Shown piece by piece: positions 49,520 to 58,962 of a stretch of DNA of 64,000 bases. This DNA comes from Candidatus Nomurabacteria bacterium (GTDB taxonomy: Bacteria > Patescibacteriota > Minisyncoccia > Phycocordibacterales > UBA9973). Below the pieces are notes generated by a model. That model did not search any database. It saw nothing but the letters and a program-made list of their open reading frames with translations, and had not been told where the DNA came from. Made by a program: the position numbers and the translations under genes. The DNA is taken from contig JAHFNH010000002.1 in the NCBI GenBank assembly GCA_023267435.1, forward strand, positions 4,219-68,218, read 5' to 3'. How positions within the stretch are numbered: the first letter of the stretch is position 1; every line of letters begins with the position of its first letter.

Positions 49520-49715
49520 ATTTATATAGTTTAGAATTGTTAGATTGATTGATTTAGTTACTTTAGTCTCCGTGTAGAAGTTCAAAGTAACTAAATCAAT
49601 AACAACTAAAACCTAATATCAAAGATCTATAACCAATGAAAGTATAGCATATTATATTAAAAAGTCAATAGATAAAATCCTTATAAAATAAGGCTAATTA
49701 AGACAATTAAACAAA

Positions 49716-50471
49716 TTAATTACTCTTCGAGTCCCCTTTCAATGTAGCAAAAGCTTCTTGCACTGTAGTCATAAACTGAGCTGGGAAGATAATTGTTGAA
49801 TTCTTTTCAGTTGCTATTTCAGACATTGTTTGAAGTGTTCGAAGTTGTAATGCCACTGGATGAGCAGCAATAAGATCTGCTGCTTGTCCCAATTTCTCAG
49901 CAGCCTGGAATTCACCTTCAGCTGCGACAATTTTCGCACGACGTTCACGTTCTGCTTCGGCTTCTTTTGCCATGGCTCGTTGCATATTGTCAGGTAAAGT
50001 AATGTCTTTTATTTCGACTGCTGTTACCTGAGCTCCCCATGGTTCTGTATGGGAATCGATTACATCTTTGATTTGAATATTAATATCACTTGTTTGTGAA
50101 AGTAGTTGATCAAGAGAAAAACGGCCTACTACGTTTCGCACTGTCGTCTGACTGATTTGGTTAACAGCATCATAAACATTTTCAATTGCCACGACAGACT
50201 TTTGAGGATCAACAATGTGATAATACGCTACTGCAGCAATATCTATCGAAACATTATCTTTAGTAATAATTTTCTGTGACGGAATATTCATAGTAATTGT
50301 ACGTAAAGTGACTTTAGTCATACGTTCAAAAACTGGAACTAGAATAATAAGTCCAGGGCCACGCACTCCTGTGCATTTACCAAGGAAAAATATAACACCT
50401 CGGTCATATTCTTTGACCACTTTTAGTGATAATGAAAGCAATACTACTATTAATATGATTATGTATAACAT
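49716..50471 (-). CDS. SPFH/stomatin (slipin) protein
   Basis: [23 protein letters not shown]. Confidence 0.93.
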   Translation of the reverse strand: MLYIIILIVVLLSLSLKVVKEYDRGVIFFLGKCTGVRGPGLIILVPVFERMTKVTLRTITMNIPSQKIITKDNVSIDIAAVAYYHIVDPQKSVVAIENVYDAVNQISQTTVRNVVGRFSLDQLLSQTSDINIQIKDVIDSHTEPWGAQVTAVEIKDITLPDNMQRAMAKEAEAERERRAKIVAAEGEFQAAEKLGQAADLIAAHPVALQLRTLQTMSEIATEKNSTIIFPAQFMTTVQEAFATLKGDSKSN

Positions 50472-50791
50472 AAAGTGAGTATAGCACTTTCAGCTACTTC
50501 TTCAAATTTTTCTTGATTATCCATCAATTCATCAGGGACTTTCCAGTAACACATTGAAATAACTTTGCCGTCTGTTCTTTTGTAATTAAATTTATTCCAG
50601 CCTAAAGATGCGAGTTTATCAGCTAGTTCCCCTTTTGCTTTAAAATAAACTTGATTATCAATAATTAAAGAAAAAGGTATTCCTTTAGAATAAATACACC
50701 AGCCACCCATCATAGCTCGTGAAGTTATATGAGAGAGATTATTCATGAGGTCATAAACGACATAATCATGATATGAGGTATCTTTTTTCAT
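50459..50791 (-). CDS. TfoX/Sxy N-terminal domain protein
   Basis: RAMMGGW.IY, YFK, M.YW.VP. Confidence 0.85.
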   Translation of the reverse strand: MKKDTSYHDYVVYDLMNNLSHITSRAMMGGWCIYSKGIPFSLIIDNQVYFKAKGELADKLASLGWNKFNYKRTDGKVISMCYWKVPDELMDNQEKFEEVAESAILTLCYT

Positions 50792-50887
50792 TTTTTAATT
50801 ATAACAAATTTCCGAATTTCGCAAGGAACATTCTTGTAAATTAGAGTAGTAATCTTATAAGTTTTTTTATCTTGTTTTTCGTGCTAT

Positions 50888-51046
50888 TTAAAAAACAGCA
50901 ATACTTATAATTAACATTATAACAAAACTTAAAAATGAATTTAATAAAATTTGACTAAAACCATGTCCAGTAGAAAATCCAATCATTATAGATATAATAG
51001 CAAGAATTATAAATAACTTATTATTTTGTTTTTTATTATTTTCCAT
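50888..51046 (-). CDS. Possible small membrane protein (52 aa, not in the ORF track)
   Basis: Hand translation MENNKKQNNKLFIILAIISIMIGF...IAVF*; TATAAT upstream. Confidence 0.45.
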   Translation of the reverse strand: MENNKKQNNKLFIILAIISIMIGFSTGHGFSQILLNSFLSFVIMLIISIAVF

Positions 51047-51092
51047 ATAATTTATATTATATCACATATCGTTAATACAAAAGTCTTACTCG

Positions 51093-51707
51093 TTAAACTT
51101 TTTTTTGAAGTTCAGAATCAAACCAAATAGCCTTCTTTTTTCCTATTAATCTAGAAAATATAGCGATTCTCTCTCTGCGCTTTAGGCTAAACACTTTTTC
51201 TATTTCTATAGTTTTTAATCTATGAGATTGTTCTTCACTAATACAATTACCATTATGTGTACAAATTTTTTCAACTTTAATCACCCCTCTTTTTTTATAA
51301 TATTTTTTTGAGCATTCAATATCACAAAATAGTGTATTTGGAGCTCTGCTATATAAAGACTTGTTACAATTTAAACAAAACATAAACGAACGAATATTAT
51401 TAACTCTTTGTTTCTTTTCTTCCCTTTTTATTTTTATCCAACATTCTATGCATAATGAATAATAGGTGTCTCTTCCACATGTACTACATTTATAAATTGG
51501 TCTGTATTCAGTGTTTTGAGTTATAGGTTTTACATAAAAATTATTTTTTATCTTTAAAATTCTTTCATATGCGTTATAAACTAACGTAAAAGAAGAATCA
51601 TTACCACCTTTGTCTGGGTGGGTTTTCTTTGCTTTTTCAAGGTATGCTTTTTTAATTTCTTCTAATGATGAGTACTGTGACACACCTAGAATTTCATAAT
51701 CATTCAT
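51093..51707 (-). CDS. J-domain protein with Cys-rich C-terminus
   Basis: YEILGV, HPDKGG, several CxxC. Confidence 0.8.
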   Translation of the reverse strand: MNDYEILGVSQYSSLEEIKKAYLEKAKKTHPDKGGNDSSFTLVYNAYERILKIKNNFYVKPITQNTEYRPIYKCSTCGRDTYYSLCIECWIKIKREEKKQRVNNIRSFMFCLNCNKSLYSRAPNTLFCDIECSKKYYKKRGVIKVEKICTHNGNCISEEQSHRLKTIEIEKVFSLKRRERIAIFSRLIGKKKAIWFDSELQKKV

Positions 51708-51710
51708 AAA

Positions 51711-52460
51711 TTATTTCTTCTTTAAAATATTTAATACTGTTGACACTTCATCAATAAATTGTGCGTTTGCGGGCTTTAATTCATGAGGCATAAATTTAGT
51801 TCTTAAAATATTTTTAGTTGAATATCTTTCTTTTTTCATTGGAAGCAATGGACCACGTCCGTTATGATAAAGTTGCCATAGTGCTTCATGAATACCTTCT
51901 AAAAGGATACAAAATTTTTCCAATTCACTAATATTAACTTTATCAAAAAGAATTTTAACTTCTTCATTGGTAGAATATTTCTTATGTCCGAACTGGTGTC
52001 TTATTGGACGATATATATTTTCATAAATTTTCTGTTGTTTTGAAATAAATTTTTTAAATTTTCTAAAATCATCATCAGTTGGCTCATAAAAACTTTCCAT
52101 ATATTTTTTTAAATAGCTATTCATTTTATCAGTTTTTTTATCTTCATTGTTTACCCATCTTTTTTTAAATGATTTTTTAGAAAAAAGAGATTTATTATTT
52201 TCAACAACTTTAAATAAAGTATGGATGTTGTGCTTGGATTCATTATCAAAAATCCTTCCAATTGTTATGAAAGTTGAATTTTGAAAACCACTAAGAACTG
52301 TATTCCAAAATGTCGGAGTTCTATTCATGGTACTAAGGATATGTTTATTTTTATTAACAATAACATGAATTGCTAACTCCATATATAGATATTTAGAAAG
52401 AAGAATAACTTCATTTCTAAAAATATTTAATTCTAGTAAGAATTTTTCTTCCGAAGACAT
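51711..52460 (-). CDS. HEPN-domain protein (AbiU2-like)
   Basis: PTFW...I.IGRIFD and RHQFGH (Rx4H). Confidence 0.6.
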   Translation of the reverse strand: MSSEEKFLLELNIFRNEVILLSKYLYMELAIHVIVNKNKHILSTMNRTPTFWNTVLSGFQNSTFITIGRIFDNESKHNIHTLFKVVENNKSLFSKKSFKKRWVNNEDKKTDKMNSYLKKYMESFYEPTDDDFRKFKKFISKQQKIYENIYRPIRHQFGHKKYSTNEEVKILFDKVNISELEKFCILLEGIHEALWQLYHNGRGPLLPMKKERYSTKNILRTKFMPHELKPANAQFIDEVSTVLNILKKK

Positions 52461-52641
52461 AGAACTATTTTACCATTTTTTAATTTTTGTAAACTAAAAA
52501 ATATATTTTATTAAGCATTTTAAGTGCGTGGACCTAATTCAAACTGGCTAGCATCCTCTGTCTCAGATACTCCAAGACTTTGCAGTATAAAGGTTTCAGG
52601 ATGATTCTTAGTATACCATTTTGACGCTCTTCGGAATAACT

Positions 52642-53163
52642 TTAAAAACAGAAATTAATGAAAGAAACCAAAATTAGTGCTAACCCAACAAATGCAGCAA
52701 TAAACACATAATTTAATATCGAATCAATAAATTTAACTCTGATTATTCTTGGTTTAATTTCTGTATCATTAACTAAACCAACGAACTCATCTGCGTATTT
52801 CTTCATGGCTTCTTCCTCCTTCTCTAGAATTGCCTTTTTAATCTTTGCCGCATCATCTTGGTAGTCATAAATTAAATTAGATGTTGAAATTGTGGAATTT
52901 ACTAGAGAATGTTTGAGGCTGAAAGCCAAATAAAGTATGGAACCAATCATTAACAACTCACCAAATAAAAATAATTCTAAATTTTCTATGAATTGAAAAG
53001 CAGTAAATCCAAATCCAGCAATAAGACCGAGAATACCCATAAGTGTATTCGCAAGTGAAATAACCTGCTGAACCTCACTATTTTCTCTCTCAGCAAGTTT
53101 TTCTCTTATGGCAATACTGAACTGAGCTCTGTTTGTTAAATTTTTTATTTGTTCTTCATTCAT
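52642..53163 (-). CDS. Hypothetical membrane protein
   Basis: Three hydrophobic segments. Confidence 0.7.
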   Translation of the reverse strand: MNEEQIKNLTNRAQFSIAIREKLAERENSEVQQVISLANTLMGILGLIAGFGFTAFQFIENLELFLFGELLMIGSILYLAFSLKHSLVNSTISTSNLIYDYQDDAAKIKKAILEKEEEAMKKYADEFVGLVNDTEIKPRIIRVKFIDSILNYVFIAAFVGLALILVSFINFCF

Positions 53164-53208
53164 GACCTTTTGCTATGCTCCGCGGACTCCGAACTTACCT
53201 CAACTTTG

Positions 53209-53279
53209 CTGGGAGACATGGACTCGAACCATGATTCACGGCTTCAAAGGCCGCTGTCCTACCATTAGACGATCTCCCA
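53209..53279 (-). tRNA. tRNA-Gln(TTG)
   Basis: TGGGAGA/TCTCCCA acceptor stem, GCGGC-CTTTGAA-GCCGT anticodon arm, GGTTCGAGTCC. Confidence 0.96.
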
Positions 53280-53285
53280 ATTTTA

Positions 53286-53522
53286 TTATAACTTTAACTT
53301 CAATGCTCTCTTTCCTTTGGCTGTTTTGTAATATCTTTCCATATTAAATGCTTCGTACTTGTCATTATATGCTTCAGAATACAAAATTCCAAACGGAACA
53401 CGAGACTTAGTAGATCTAACTCTGCCTGAATTATGATACTTAAGTCGCTCTTCTATATCTTGGGTACAACCAATATATAAGTTACCATCTTTCTCGCTTT
53501 TTAATACATAAACATAATGCAT
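53286..53522 (-). CDS. Stand-alone GIY-YIG nuclease
   Basis: YVYVL...LYIG.T....RL..HN.G, ExxxK. Confidence 0.92.
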   Translation of the reverse strand: MHYVYVLKSEKDGNLYIGCTQDIEERLKYHNSGRVRSTKSRVPFGILYSEAYNDKYEAFNMERYYKTAKGKRALKLKL

Positions 53523-53530
53523 ATATATTA

Positions 53531-53597
53531 TGTCCTACCATTAGCCTCGCCCGTAGGTTGGAGCCTACTGGCTACGGCCGAGGGACAATCTTCCCAA
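53531..53597 (-). repeat. Degenerate duplicate of the tRNA-Gln 5' end interrupted by a 40 bp hairpin
   Basis: 53531-53544 identical to 53255-53268; 53585-53597 resembles 53269-53280. Confidence 0.8.
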
Positions 53598-53615
53598 TAA
53601 AGCCCTCAAAACCTT

Positions 53616-54683
53616 TTAATCTTTACTTATTATCTCAATAAGTGCAAGTTCTAAAGGTAATTCTGATACAAACGCTCTATCTATGTTTTGGTACGCTTCG
53701 AGCAATACCGAAAGCTGTGCTGACCTGAGCATTCCTATCTTATCCTTTTTTACCAATTCTTTCAAGAAGTCTAAGTCCGCACTAGATAATACACCAGTCA
53801 TTTCTTCTTCGAGTTTTGGCGCGTATTTCAAAATTATTGCCATGCGGAATTTTTGAATGATTAGTTTTAGATACAATTTCATATCCAAATTCTCACCAGA
53901 TGCTTTTTGGACAGCCATGATTCCCTCTTCTAAATTTTTATCTGCTATTGCAGAAATAAAATTATTTACTAAAGTTGTTTTTGGCGCACCAGTTATTTTT
54001 TCTACATCTTCTCTTTTTATTACGCCTCCACGGCGTATCGCCGAAGAGGCGATTTTTCCAGAAGAGAAGTTTAAAACTTTCTGCAAAGCGCCTTCAGTAT
54101 CACGAAAAGATCCATCGCCTAATATTGCGATGAGTTCTGCAGATCCGGCATCAAGTTCAAAACCTTCTTTCTCGGCAATATCTAAAATAACATTTTTTAA
54201 AATAATGTCAGATGGTTTTCTAAAAGTAAAAACCTGACATCGAGAAACAATTGTCTCAGGAACTTTGTGTAATTCTGTGGTAGCTAAAATAAATATGACG
54301 TGTGCTGGTGGTTCTTCTAAAGTTTTCAATAATGCACCCCAAGCATCTTTGGAAAGCATATGTACCTCATCGATAATATAAACTTTGTATTTTGAGTCGA
54401 AAGGAAGAGTGCGCACACCATCACGTAGAGTTCGAATATCTTCGATTCCTCTGTTTGAAGCGGCATCTATCTCATATAAGTCATTTTCGGAAACTCCGAT
54501 CTGTGTGGCGAAGATTCTAGCGACAGAAGTCTTACCTGTACCGCGAGAACCGACAAAAAGGTACGCATGAGAGACCTTTCCAGTGTCTACGGAGCTTTCC
54601 AACACTTTTACGATATGATCTTGTCCTAGCACCTCTTTGAAGGTTTTAGGACGATATTTGCGGTATAAAGCTAAATCGTGCAT
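53616..54683 (-). CDS. dnaX: DNA polymerase III gamma/tau (short form)
   Basis: LYRKYRP, GSRGTGKT, IIDEVH, LKTLEEPP, SRC. Confidence 0.96.
   Translation of the reverse strand: MHDLALYRKYRPKTFKEVLGQDHIVKVLESSVDTGKVSHAYLFVGSRGTGKTSVARIFATQIGVSENDLYEIDAASNRGIEDIRTLRDGVRTLPFDSKYKVYIIDEVHMLSKDAWGALLKTLEEPPAHVIFILATTELHKVPETIVSRCQVFTFRKPSDIILKNVILDIAEKEGFELDAGSAELIAILGDGSFRDTEGALQKVLNFSSGKIASSAIRRGGVIKREDVEKITGAPKTTLVNNFISAIADKNLEEGIMAVQKASGENLDMKLYLKLIIQKFRMAIILKYAPKLEEEMTGVLSSADLDFLKELVKKDKIGMLRSAQLSVLLEAYQNIDRAFVSELPLELALIEIISKD
54021..54053. repeat. 33 bp double hairpin in-frame within dnaX
   Basis: TACGCC-TCCAC-GGCGTA followed by TCGCC-GAAGA-GGCGA. Confidence 0.7.
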
Positions 54684-54709
54684 TGGTTTATTCTAGCAAA
54701 TTTCCCCTG

Positions 54710-54792
54710 AAAATTCAAAAGATTTTAAGAGTCGTGGGTTCCCTTTCCTATTTTTTCTGAGGGCGAAGGCTCAGAAATCTTTTTGAATTTTT
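54710..54792. repeat. Intergenic long inverted repeat
   Basis: AAATTCAAAAGATTT ... AAATCTTTTTGAATTT with internal TTTCTGAG/CTCAGAAA hairpin. Confidence 0.6.
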
Positions 54793-55783
54793 AAAGGTTT
54801 AAAAATTCATTAATTAATTTTTCTATTTGTTTGGCATTTTCTGCTTCCATAAGTTTTACTCGCAATTCCTTTGCACCGTCAAAGCCATTGCAATATGCTT
54901 TATAGTGCTTTTTCATAATTGCGAAATTTTTCTCTTTGCCAAGTTTTTTTTCAAAAAGTTTTGTATGTTCTATTAAGACTTTTAATTTTTCTTTTATTGT
55001 CGGCGTTGTTTTTCTTTTACCATCAAAAAGCCATGGGTTACCAAAAATTCCTCTGCCAATCATCACTCCATCACATCCGTATTTTTTAATTTTTTCTTTA
55101 GCATCAGTTAGATCTACAACATCACCATTGCCGATGATTAAAATATTTTTGTTTATTTTATTTCGTAGTTCAACAATTTTTGGCATCAAATCCCAATGAG
55201 CTGGAACGAGAGACATCTCTTTACGAGTACGCAAATGCACTGTGAGTGCTACGATATCTTCTTTAAGTAATTCTGGTATCCAAGTATCAATTTCATTTTT
55301 ATTGTAACCAATGCGCGTCTTTACAGAGACAGGTAAATTCCCTGCTCCTTCTTTCGCAGCGCGTATTATATCTATTGCGAGTTTTGGATCACGCATTGAG
55401 GCTGCACCGGAGCGTTGTTTTTCAATAGACCTGTCTGGACAACCCATATTTATATCAATTCCATCAAAACCAAGTTTGGCACAAAGTTTAACTGCGTTTT
55501 TTATATTCTTTGGATTGGATCCAAAAATCTGCGCCACTATCGGATGTTCATTTTTACTAAATTTTAAATCAATAATGAGCTTTTTGCGTGCTTCCGGATG
55601 AGCTAGACCATCGGCTGAAACAAATTCAGTCCAAAAAACATCTGGTCCGCCATTTATTTTTCCATGACGCGAATATTTAGCGATTATCTGCCTAAAAGCA
55701 TAATCAGTCACATCCGCCATGGGAGCCAAGCAAAAGAATGGCTTGTTTAATTTTTGCCAGAAATTTTTATTTTGGAGTTTCAT
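54791..55783 (-). CDS. dus: tRNA-dihydrouridine synthase
   Basis: LAPMADVTD, DINMGCP, SVKTR.G, GNGD, GNPW; start approximate. Confidence 0.93.
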   Translation of the reverse strand: MKLQNKNFWQKLNKPFFCLAPMADVTDYAFRQIIAKYSRHGKINGGPDVFWTEFVSADGLAHPEARKKLIIDLKFSKNEHPIVAQIFGSNPKNIKNAVKLCAKLGFDGIDINMGCPDRSIEKQRSGAASMRDPKLAIDIIRAAKEGAGNLPVSVKTRIGYNKNEIDTWIPELLKEDIVALTVHLRTRKEMSLVPAHWDLMPKIVELRNKINKNILIIGNGDVVDLTDAKEKIKKYGCDGVMIGRGIFGNPWLFDGKRKTTPTIKEKLKVLIEHTKLFEKKLGKEKNFAIMKKHYKAYCNGFDGAKELRVKLMEAENAKQIEKLINEFLNL

Positions 55784-56669
55784 TTTGGAATTTGTAATAG
55801 ACTTTATTGCCAAACCTTAAATCAATATACAAAAGTGAAGGACCTTTTTTATCAAAATAAGATTTCAACGGTTCCACTGTCATAACTGCTTGTAAATTTT
55901 CAGCTAATTTTTCAAAATCCGCATCAGACTTGAAAATTATTTTAGGCGCATTTGTTAAAACAGGATCAGATGAAAGATAAAATTCCATATCTCCATCTTC
56001 TTTTGCCAAGAATGCAGACAATTTTATGTTCATACCCTCAAGTGTGTTTTTAAATGAAGTAATTTTTTCAAAACTATCAGGCATAAAATAAGATCCGGAT
56101 GGATTATCGATACTCTGTTTTATTTTACCGAAAAATCTGAAATAAACATTACCAGAAAAATATGGCGCTTCGTCGAAAATATATCCGGCATTATCCATAA
56201 AATAGCATTTGTTGTCTTTGGGATTTGAATTATCCGCAGGTATGTCATTTCCACACCAAGTGTATTTATTTTCTCTTTCTGTTATATCCACAACAAGATT
56301 GCTGAAATTTTCCTTGTAAACATTAAAAGATTTTATGCGAGGAATACTAGAAAGTTGTTTTTTTATTTTCTTTTCTGGATAAAGAAAAACATTATGTTTG
56401 GAAAAGAGGTAAAAATAATTTCCGTTTAATGCAAGATTTACATTGTCTTTAATGCTTTGCGGATCCAAAATATTAGCACCACGAATTTCTACTGATTTAA
56501 TAGAAAGAGAGGAAATTTTAGAAAGAAAACTTAAACCTGTTACGAAAATTAAAAATCCAAAGACACAAAGAAGTATTTTATTTCTTGTAGCACGTCGCCT
56601 CTTTTTTTTAAGTTCTTCTAAATGCGGAGTCTTTAAAACACTTCGTTCTTTTGGTTTCATTTTAAGCAA
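55767..56669 (-). CDS. FtsQ/DivIB-like cell division protein
   Basis: Basic N-terminus, TM, POTRA-like region, C-terminal YIDLRFGNKVYY. Confidence 0.72.
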   Translation of the reverse strand: MLKMKPKERSVLKTPHLEELKKKRRRATRNKILLCVFGFLIFVTGLSFLSKISSLSIKSVEIRGANILDPQSIKDNVNLALNGNYFYLFSKHNVFLYPEKKIKKQLSSIPRIKSFNVYKENFSNLVVDITERENKYTWCGNDIPADNSNPKDNKCYFMDNAGYIFDEAPYFSGNVYFRFFGKIKQSIDNPSGSYFMPDSFEKITSFKNTLEGMNIKLSAFLAKEDGDMEFYLSSDPVLTNAPKIIFKSDADFEKLAENLQAVMTVEPLKSYFDKKGPSLLYIDLRFGNKVYYKFQNETPK

Positions 56670-57927
56670 TAAATTCTTTTCCGCCCATATATTTCTTTAA
56701 CACTTCTGGAATTTTTACAGAACCATCAGCTTGCTGGTAATTCTCGATAAGAGCCGCAGGTAAACGAGTAGTAGCACAAGCGGTATTATTTAAAGAGTGC
56801 GCAAAACGTAACTTACCATCATCATCTTTATATCTAATACTCAAACGACGAGTTTGAAAATCATGAAAGTAACTCGATGAATGTGTTTCTCGATATTTAT
56901 TCTGTGAAGGCATCCAAGCTTCTATATCATATTTTTTAACTTGACCTAGTCCTAAATCTCCACCACAGTTTAATACTACATGATATGGTATTTTTAACGT
57001 TTGCATTAGATACTCCACATGTGCTGTGATTTCTTCATGCCATTTCACTGATTCTTCATGTGAGGCTTCAGTGAGAATAACTTGTTCAATTTTAAAAAAT
57101 TCGTGTACACGAATTATTCCTTTAACATCTTTACCATGTTTTCCAGCTTCTGCGCGAAAACAAGGAGAAAAAGAAATAAATTTTTTCGGAAGATCTTTTT
57201 TGTCTAAAATTTCATTCATATAATATCCCATAGTGGCAACTTCTGCAGTTCCAGCTAAATACTCATTTTCACCAACTTTGTATAAATCTTCTTCTGATTG
57301 TGGAAGCATCCCAGTTCCAATAAGAGATTCTTTACGTACAAGTGATGGCACAATCATTGGTGTATAACCTTTTTCTATAAAATAATTTAAAAAGTATTGC
57401 CATAACGCAAAAAATAAAGTAGCTCCATCATTCTTTATGAAATAACCTCGGAATCCAGATACTTTTATTCCTCTTTCAAAATCAACCATATTTAAATTTT
57501 CCATCAACTCTACGTGATTTTTAGGCACAAAAGAAAACTGTGGTTTTTCTCCCCAAACACGAATTTCTAAATTTTGTTCATCGCTATCTCCATCTGGTAC
57601 AGATATGTCAGGAATATTAGGTACCTGGATCATAATTTTTTGCCATTCTTCGGTAATTGTTTTTAATTTTTCTTCTTTCGCTTTAATATCGTCTTTCACG
57701 ATACGCATTTCTTCAATGAGCTGGATTTTTAGAGCCGGATCTTGATCACGAGCAATGTCATTGGAAACTCTATTGACTTCGCTCCTTAATTCCTCGACTT
57801 CTTTCAAGACTATTAAACGCTCATCATCGAGCGTAACTAATTTTTGTATATCAATATCAACGCGTTTCTTTTTAGCGCCAGCTTGCACTATTTCTTTATT
57901 TTCACGAATAAATTTTATGTCTAACAT
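56662..57927 (-). CDS. serS: Seryl-tRNA synthetase
   Basis: MLDIKFIR, GTAE, CFRAEAG, RVHEF, HSLN; start set at 57927. Confidence 0.97.
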   Translation of the reverse strand: MLDIKFIRENKEIVQAGAKKKRVDIDIQKLVTLDDERLIVLKEVEELRSEVNRVSNDIARDQDPALKIQLIEEMRIVKDDIKAKEEKLKTITEEWQKIMIQVPNIPDISVPDGDSDEQNLEIRVWGEKPQFSFVPKNHVELMENLNMVDFERGIKVSGFRGYFIKNDGATLFFALWQYFLNYFIEKGYTPMIVPSLVRKESLIGTGMLPQSEEDLYKVGENEYLAGTAEVATMGYYMNEILDKKDLPKKFISFSPCFRAEAGKHGKDVKGIIRVHEFFKIEQVILTEASHEESVKWHEEITAHVEYLMQTLKIPYHVVLNCGGDLGLGQVKKYDIEAWMPSQNKYRETHSSSYFHDFQTRRLSIRYKDDDGKLRFAHSLNNTACATTRLPAALIENYQQADGSVKIPEVLKKYMGGKEFIA

Positions 57928-57965
57928 GCTTGCCATTATAACATAATGGCTTATATACACAAAAG

Positions 57966-58054
57966 TTGTTCCCTAAAGGGACTTCATTTAGCAAAATGAC
58001 CTACTGAGTCGTTTTCAACAGATTGATTACAATCTAAGAAAACGGGAGTATAAT
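57966..58054 (+). repeat. Structured CCCTAAAGG...GGGAGTATAAT element, copy B
   Basis: Shares ACAGATTGATTACAATCTAAGAAA exactly with copy A. Confidence 0.85.
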
Positions 58055-58062
58055 ATACAAAT

Positions 58063-58923
58063 ATGGAAATAAGAAAATTATCAAAAGATAAATTTCCGAA
58101 GGCCTTGTTAGAAATTCCTCAGCCTCCCGAGGATCTTTGGATTATAGGAGATTTACCCGACCAAGACCTTATTTATTTATGCGTCGTCGGTTCTCGTAAA
58201 TTTACTTCGTATGGAAAAGAAGTATGTGAAAAATTAGTGGCGGGTTTGAAAGGCTACCCGATAGCAATTGTCTCCGGTTTTGCGATGGGCATCGATACTA
58301 TTGCTCATAAGAAAGCGATGGAAGTCGGACTCAAAACTTTAGTTTTCCCTGGTTCCGGACTTTCGAAAGAAGCGATGTATCCGAAAACAAATGTTCAGCT
58401 GATGGAGGAAGTCGTTAGAAATGGCGGATGCTTGATTTCAGAATTTGAACCAGACTTCAAAGCAACGCAGTGGAGCTTCCCAATGCGCAACAGACTTATG
58501 GCGGGTATTTCTAAAGCTGTGCTTGTGATAGAGGCTGAAGAAAAATCCGGCACGCTCATCACTGCTCGCCTCACTACCGAATACAATCGTGATCTACTCG
58601 CAGTGCCAGGATCAATTTATTCTCCAAATTCAAAAGGAACAAATAGATTAATCCGCCAAGGCGCGACACCGATAACTTGCGTGGAAGATGTTTTAGAAGC
58701 ACTCGGTTTCGAATTAGAAAAAGATGAAGACAAGCAGATGAAACTCTTTGCGGATTTATCTCCAGAAGAAAAAAAGGTTATTGAATTATTGCGTGAACCA
58801 ATAGAAAGAGATGAATTAGTCAGAGCAATGAAAATGCAAATCTCCGCCGCGAATTCCCTGCTTTCCGTAATGGAAATAAAAGGACTCATAAAAGAAGAAT
58901 TAGGAGAAATTCGATTGGCGTAA
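58063..58923 (+). CDS. dprA: DNA-processing protein DprA
   Basis: VVGSR, VSGFA.GID..AH, FP.RNR, SGTLITA. Confidence 0.96.
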   Translation: MEIRKLSKDKFPKALLEIPQPPEDLWIIGDLPDQDLIYLCVVGSRKFTSYGKEVCEKLVAGLKGYPIAIVSGFAMGIDTIAHKKAMEVGLKTLVFPGSGLSKEAMYPKTNVQLMEEVVRNGGCLISEFEPDFKATQWSFPMRNRLMAGISKAVLVIEAEEKSGTLITARLTTEYNRDLLAVPGSIYSPNSKGTNRLIRQGATPITCVEDVLEALGFELEKDEDKQMKLFADLSPEEKKVIELLREPIERDELVRAMKMQISAANSLLSVMEIKGLIKEELGEIRLA

Positions 58924-58962
58924 TTTGCCAAAAAATTATGTTTCGTGTAATACTGGTACTTA

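Noticed and set aside
53176-53188. TGCTCCGCGGAC as a possible att site or tRNA 3' fragment
   Set aside because: Too short and no matching second copy found in the window.
53162-53347. 61 aa plus-strand ORF
   Set aside because: Antisense to tRNA-Gln and the GIY-YIG gene; spurious.
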